Origin: Paramoeba atlantica | Lineage: Eukaryota; Protista; Discosea | Direction: 5' to 3' | Assembly (NCBI GenBank): GCA_977017575.1 | Contig: CDRNVI010000105.1 | Coordinates: forward strand, 1-64,000 | Length of the DNA: 64,000 nucleotides | In this document: positions 59,671-64,000 of the stretch, one piece after another | How positions within the stretch are numbered: position 1 is the first letter of the stretch | Layout of the letters: every line of letters begins with the position of its first letter | Position numbers and translations under genes: made by a program | The notes under the pieces: model-generated | The model's input: only the letters and a program-made list of their open reading frames with translations | Told to the model about the DNA's origin: nothing | Database searches by the model: none

Positions 59671-60165
59671 ATGGGGTCATTTTTGTGTATTTGTTTTCAT
59701 TCACGAAATCCGATATTTGCTCGTGGGAAATCACTCGTAGGCATGAATGAAAGCCTGCCGAACGTATTGGGTAAAGAATGCGACCCCAACCCCAAGAATG
59801 GCGACCTAATGTATGATGTGGACGCAAAGCTCAGGTTACTAAAATTCCATTCGTATAATATATATTTGTGCAAGGTAAAGGCGCACATTGGAAACAAATG
59901 GAATGAGGAGGCAGATGGTCTAGCACTTTTGGCATCACGAAAAGTGGCACGGGCTCCGACCCAAAAAAGGAGAAAAACAACTGCTAACTCGGAGGATAGT
60001 GAGAATTCACAACCGTCATGGTCTTTGAAAGCCTTACTCAAAAGGAAGTCCCTTGGAAATAAGCAAGCACGAGACATTCCATCATCGAAGCGCGAAGCTG
60101 AGGCGGAAGGGGTATTTCGAGGGAAGGTTGCGAGAGCTGGAGGTAATAGGAAACCGTCTAAGTAG
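59671..60165 (+). CDS. RNase H-like C-terminal ORF, copy 16
   Basis: K->E allele. Confidence 0.7.
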   Translation: MGSFLCICFHSRNPIFARGKSLVGMNESLPNVLGKECDPNPKNGDLMYDVDAKLRLLKFHSYNIYLCKVKAHIGNKWNEEADGLALLASRKVARAPTQKRRKTTANSEDSENSQPSWSLKALLKRKSLGNKQARDIPSSKREAEAEGVFRGKVARAGGNRKPSK

Positions 60166-61098
60166 GGAGAGAATTGATGGAATTATTTCTTTGCCAACTT
60201 AGAATGCCTTGAGGATTATTCATAGGTTATCGGAAAAATATTGTTTGTTTGTACCGTATCAGACACATATAAACTCTGAACGTGGAAGCGATAGATGAAA
60301 GCTTTCAAGGTGTAAACATTAAGTTTTTCAACCGACTTTACGTCGGTCTTTTGGATTGGATATTGGATTGGACCCCAACCACACCATTCTTCCGACCCAA
60401 AAAGACCCCTTGAGGTCCGAAAAATACTTTTTCACCTATTTCAGTCGAAAATGGGTCATTTTGAGTGGCGCACCACGGCTCGAAGAAGAGATACCTTGAG
60501 AAACCAAAGGCCGAGAAAGCTAGTATAGGCCCCGAACTATCAAAATACAACAGGGGAAAGAATATTGAAAAAATATTTTCTTTGCCAGTTTTTTCGCCAA
60601 GTTGAATTTTTTTTCAAAAACATCCGAACTTGGCGGACCCGTCCTGCGGATACGAGGGGGGGCCACCCCCGGGTAGGGGGCGGAAAATAAGCGCCAACCC
60701 CGGCTACCCATTCTGCGGGTTTTTTTCGAAAAAAAAATTTCAAAAAAAAAAATCGTGCGGTATGCCCCCCTGTGTTCCTCTTTATATTTTCACTGTTTTT
60801 GTTCACTCTTTTTTCAATAATCGAGGGTAGAGTGGTAGTTATACAACCACCGCAATATAATAATTAAGATATCGCCCAAAGCCCCACCATGAGCGGACAA
60901 AGAACCTGCCACTCAAATGCTTGAATTAGCGCTACCCGGCTTCACATGCGATAACTGAGTTTCGTTTTGCTCGAGAACTCACGAGATACACCTTGCCAGG
61001 GGACCCTCCAGTGTGAAGTGGGTTTCAAATCTTGAACTCATCTTTTTTGATATTTTCAAAAATATTTACTCAGTCCGCTACTTTTTTAAAATAACAAA

Positions 61099-61860
61099 TT
61101 GATGAATTTCGGGCTTCAAGTTTCCAGCCCTCCCTCATGCAAGGTATTTGTGGATGGGGTGCCAGATGTTGAAATCGAGGAAAGCGATATTTTCAAACAG
61201 AAGTTATGCGTCACGCCAAAACATCTCCAACGATCCTCCGTAATCCTGTTTTCTTCTCTTTCTCAAACCATAGGAATTTCCACGTCGAGCGGGGACCAAT
61301 TCGTGTTAGACCCGGAGGGTGGAGCCGTTAACTTTACTTGTGCGAGCATGTTGAGCATCACGTTTCACAATCTTTTAAAGAAGGAAGCAGAAAGTGTATG
61401 TAGAGATGTTCTTGGTCTTTTTCAAGACAATTTTGTTAATCCTTCATCTGGGGCCCTTTCATACGACTACGTGAGGAACCAGATTGATCAGAAATACCTT
61501 TTTAATGTTTTGAAGTTTCAGAGAATGGTTAAAAATGCAGGCAACCCATTTTACCAATACCTTGGGAAAGACCTTTGCAGGTGGATAGTTTTGCATTCAA
61601 GTTCAAAAAAGCCCAATTTTGGATTTACACGAGGAAAAGAGTATAGTGATCTCTTAAAATTTTCTGTTAGCCAGATCATGGGGGAAGAAGTTGCGATGAG
61701 CGACCTTTATCAGCTGGTAAGGGGTGAGAAAACCTTTGATTTGCTCCTTTCTTCAAATTTTACTGTGTTGAAAAAGTTTCTTGTGAAATTTAATGCTGAG
61801 TTTCTTTGGTTTCAAGATGAGGCTTCAAAAAAGACATTAATTTCCACAAATCCCCTTTGA
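61099..61860 (+). CDS. Orphan 253-aa ORF, copy 16
   Basis: V38, K226, P57T. Confidence 0.65.
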   Translation: MMNFGLQVSSPPSCKVFVDGVPDVEIEESDIFKQKLCVTPKHLQRSSVILFSSLSQTIGISTSSGDQFVLDPEGGAVNFTCASMLSITFHNLLKKEAESVCRDVLGLFQDNFVNPSSGALSYDYVRNQIDQKYLFNVLKFQRMVKNAGNPFYQYLGKDLCRWIVLHSSSKKPNFGFTRGKEYSDLLKFSVSQIMGEEVAMSDLYQLVRGEKTFDLLLSSNFTVLKKFLVKFNAEFLWFQDEASKKTLISTNPL

Positions 61861-63446
61861 TTCTTAAAGTTTCCCTACTTTTGTAGACATTTCAAAAAGA
61901 TGCGAAGGACCCTACTAGAGAACTTAATCATAAACAATTTTGTACATAACAAACCCCCAGAGCCACCATCATCAAAAATAATTCTCAAGAATTTCTCCTC
62001 ATTGATGCAAAACGTCTCTTTTAACGCCTTTTATTTTTGTTTTCGCATAGCCGCCCCCCTCTACCACCAATAAACGCATAAACATTTATCAGCCCCAATG
62101 CTACCAAGACCCTTCACAGACAGATTTGGAAGTTCCAAGGCCGACGTCCTCTACCAGTTTTCGCTTTTCCAAGGCGGCACCAACGTTATGTTACCAACAC
62201 GCTGCTTCGACGACTTGTATGACAACGCGGCCCACCCAAGAGGCTTAAACCGGGTAAGGGGGCCGGCTCCCTGATGGGAGGAGGGGAAGAAGAATCCAAT
62301 CCAAAAAGAAGAAGAAGAGAAGAGAACCGGTTCCCTGATGGGAGCGCCCCTGGCGGCCGTCAGAGTACTGGGCCTAGTCGATTCTCAGCCCAGCCTCTTA
62401 GATCGAGGCCGCCGGGAATTATGCGATGAGCGGGTTCGAAACTTTGATCCCTGAAGGAAGAAGGAAGAAGGTTGCTCGACTAAATGATGCTTTCCAATGT
62501 AGGGAAGTTACTTCGACAAGTGCTTGTGTAGGCTCTAGTTGAATCTTTAGTGTCTCAACGAGGTTCTGCCAATCTTAAAGCAGAGATTTAAGCCGGGCCG
62601 AGGGGTCTGGCCTTTATTTGGGTAGCTTCTACAGAGGAAAGCGGTGTAATTGTAGTTGGAGACGGTGGGCCTTACAACCTGCAGGTTGGGGGTTATATTC
62701 CCGATATCGACAAAACTCGCAACCTGCCGGCCTCACTACAAAGGGAAAGCGACCAGGAGTGCCTTCAAGTCCCACACCCAACCCCAAATCAATCATTCCG
62801 GATTGCTCCGGATGGCCACTGGCAAGCCAGACCCTTCACAGAAAGATTTGGAAGTTCCGAGGCCGACGTCCTCTATCAGTTTCCGCTTTTCCAAGGCGGC
62901 ACCAACGTGCTGTTACCAACACGCTGCGTCGACGAACTGTACGTCAACACGGCTTACCCAAGAGGTGTAAGCCGGGTAAGGGAGCTCGTTCCCTGAGGGG
63001 AGGGTCTGGGACGGTCCTCCGAGTACTGGGCCTAGTCGGTTATTAGCCCAGCCTCTTAGAGGGAGGCCGCCAGGAATATTTCGATGAGCGGGTTTGAACT
63101 CGCCGTCTGAGCACCACGTGCTTGAAACTTTGAATTCTTGCTGCTACTCCACCGCTCGGAAAAAGTCCGCTAGGAAGAAGGCCTCCCTCTGGAGGAACGA
63201 CCCGGAACCGCAGAGCCGAACCAGGCTCCAGCGCAGCCGCCGAAAATTCATGCTGCTTACGCAAACGAGGCATGAGACACAGCCTACACGATGCAACGGG
63301 GTTGGGCGCCCGTCCTGGTAGCTACGGTTGGGTACCCGTGCTCGGGCCGCAAGGCTTCGAGTGCCGTCTTGGAAGGGGGCAGCAAGACAATGAAGGTCGG
63401 TGGCTTGAGACTCTACCCTAACGGTGCAGAGCCCTCGGTGTCTTTT

Positions 63447-63476
63447 CTTCTTCTTCTTCTTCTTCTTCTTCTTCTT

Positions 63477-63506
<30 letters not shown>
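63447..63506 (+). repeat. (CTT)20 microsatellite (shortest)
   Basis: Pure tract. Confidence 0.97.
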
Positions 63507-63507
<1 letters not shown>

Positions 63508-63609
63508 TTCCCCAGAGTCCTGAAAGCTGGTTTGCAACTCTACTACCGCGTTTAACGAAAAGCCTAAATTGAAATATTATAGCCAAAAATAGCCGATTTT
63601 CGGGTAAAA

Positions 63610-64000
63610 ATGGGGTCATTTTTGTGTATTTGTTTTCATTCACGAAATCCGATATTTGCTCGTGGGAAATCACTCGTAGGCATGAATGAAAGCCTGCCGA
63701 ACGTATTGGGTAAAGAATGCGACCCCAACCCCAAGAATGGCGACCTAATGTATGATGTGGACGCAAAGCTCAGGTTACTAAAATTCCATTCGTATAATAT
63801 ATATTTGTGCAAGGTAAAGGCGCACATTGGAAACAAATGGAATGAGGAGGCAGATGGTCTAGCACTTTTGGCATCACGAAAAGTGGCACGGGCTCCGACC
63901 CAAAAAAGGAGAAAAACAACTGCTAACTCGGAGGATAGTGAGAATTCACAACCGTCATGGTCTTTGAAAGCCTTACTCAAAAGGAAGTCCCTTGGAAATA
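63610..64000 (+). CDS. RNase H-like C-terminal ORF, copy 17 (cut by window end)
   Basis: Same sequence from ATG 63610, including the KVKAHIGNKWNEEAD motif. Confidence 0.65.
   Translation, partial: MGSFLCICFHSRNPIFARGKSLVGMNESLPNVLGKECDPNPKNGDLMYDVDAKLRLLKFHSYNIYLCKVKAHIGNKWNEEADGLALLASRKVARAPTQKRRKTTANSEDSENSQPSWSLKALLKRKSLGN

Larger units (their letters stand above)
1..64000 (+). repeat. Gene-containing tandem array (macrosatellite), ~16.2 head-to-tail copies of a 3939-3993 bp unit; runs off both window ends
   Basis: The same ORF set recurs. Starts of the 253-aa ORF are spaced 3966, 3945, 3948, 3993, 3945, 3963, 3948, 3945, 3957, 3972, 3957, 3945, 3945, 3957, 3960 bp. Spacing differences match the CTT tract length (3879+3n). 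Confidence 0.99.

Noticed and set aside
1-64000. Rolling-circle/MDA concatemer of a 4-kb plasmid or virus
   Set aside because: Neighbour-shared nested SNP blocks and copy-specific microsatellite lengths fit a chromosomal array; no Rep, capsid or polymerase motif is seen. Read-level confirmation is still desirable.
1-64000. CRISPR array
   Set aside because: No short repeats with unique spacers; repetition is at the 3-bp and 3.95-kb scales only.

Overview
The whole 64 kb window is one head-to-tail tandem array of about 16.2 near-identical copies of a ~3.95 kb unit, all in the same orientation. Unit length is 3879 + 3n bp, where n is the number of CTT triplets in an internal microsatellite (20-38). 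The DNA looks eukaryotic (GT-AG intron signals, pyrimidine tracts), but the organism cannot be named from the sequence. Each unit appears to carry two + strand genes. (1) An orphan gene starting with a 253-codon ORF; hand-built splicing extends it to a ~442-aa, 6-exon protein containing two diverged copies of a ~60-aa module, read in a frame the ORF track does not list. (2) An RNase H (RNase HI-like) fold gene. Its C-terminal motifs (KNGDL...KVKAHIGNKWNEEADGLA) are clear. Its putative N-terminal half lies upstream across a (CTT)n-filled intron, with apparently degenerate catalytic residues and an in-frame TGA. A ~0.9 kb spacer holds a cluster of palindromes and homopolymer runs. Copy-specific SNPs form nested, mosaic haplotype blocks, indicating a real array evolving by unequal exchange rather than a simple concatemer artefact; these SNPs are enriched for C:G<->A:T transversions. 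No rRNA, tRNA, CRISPR, transposase, RT or integrase was recognised. All alignments, counts and splice models were done by eye and need computational confirmation.
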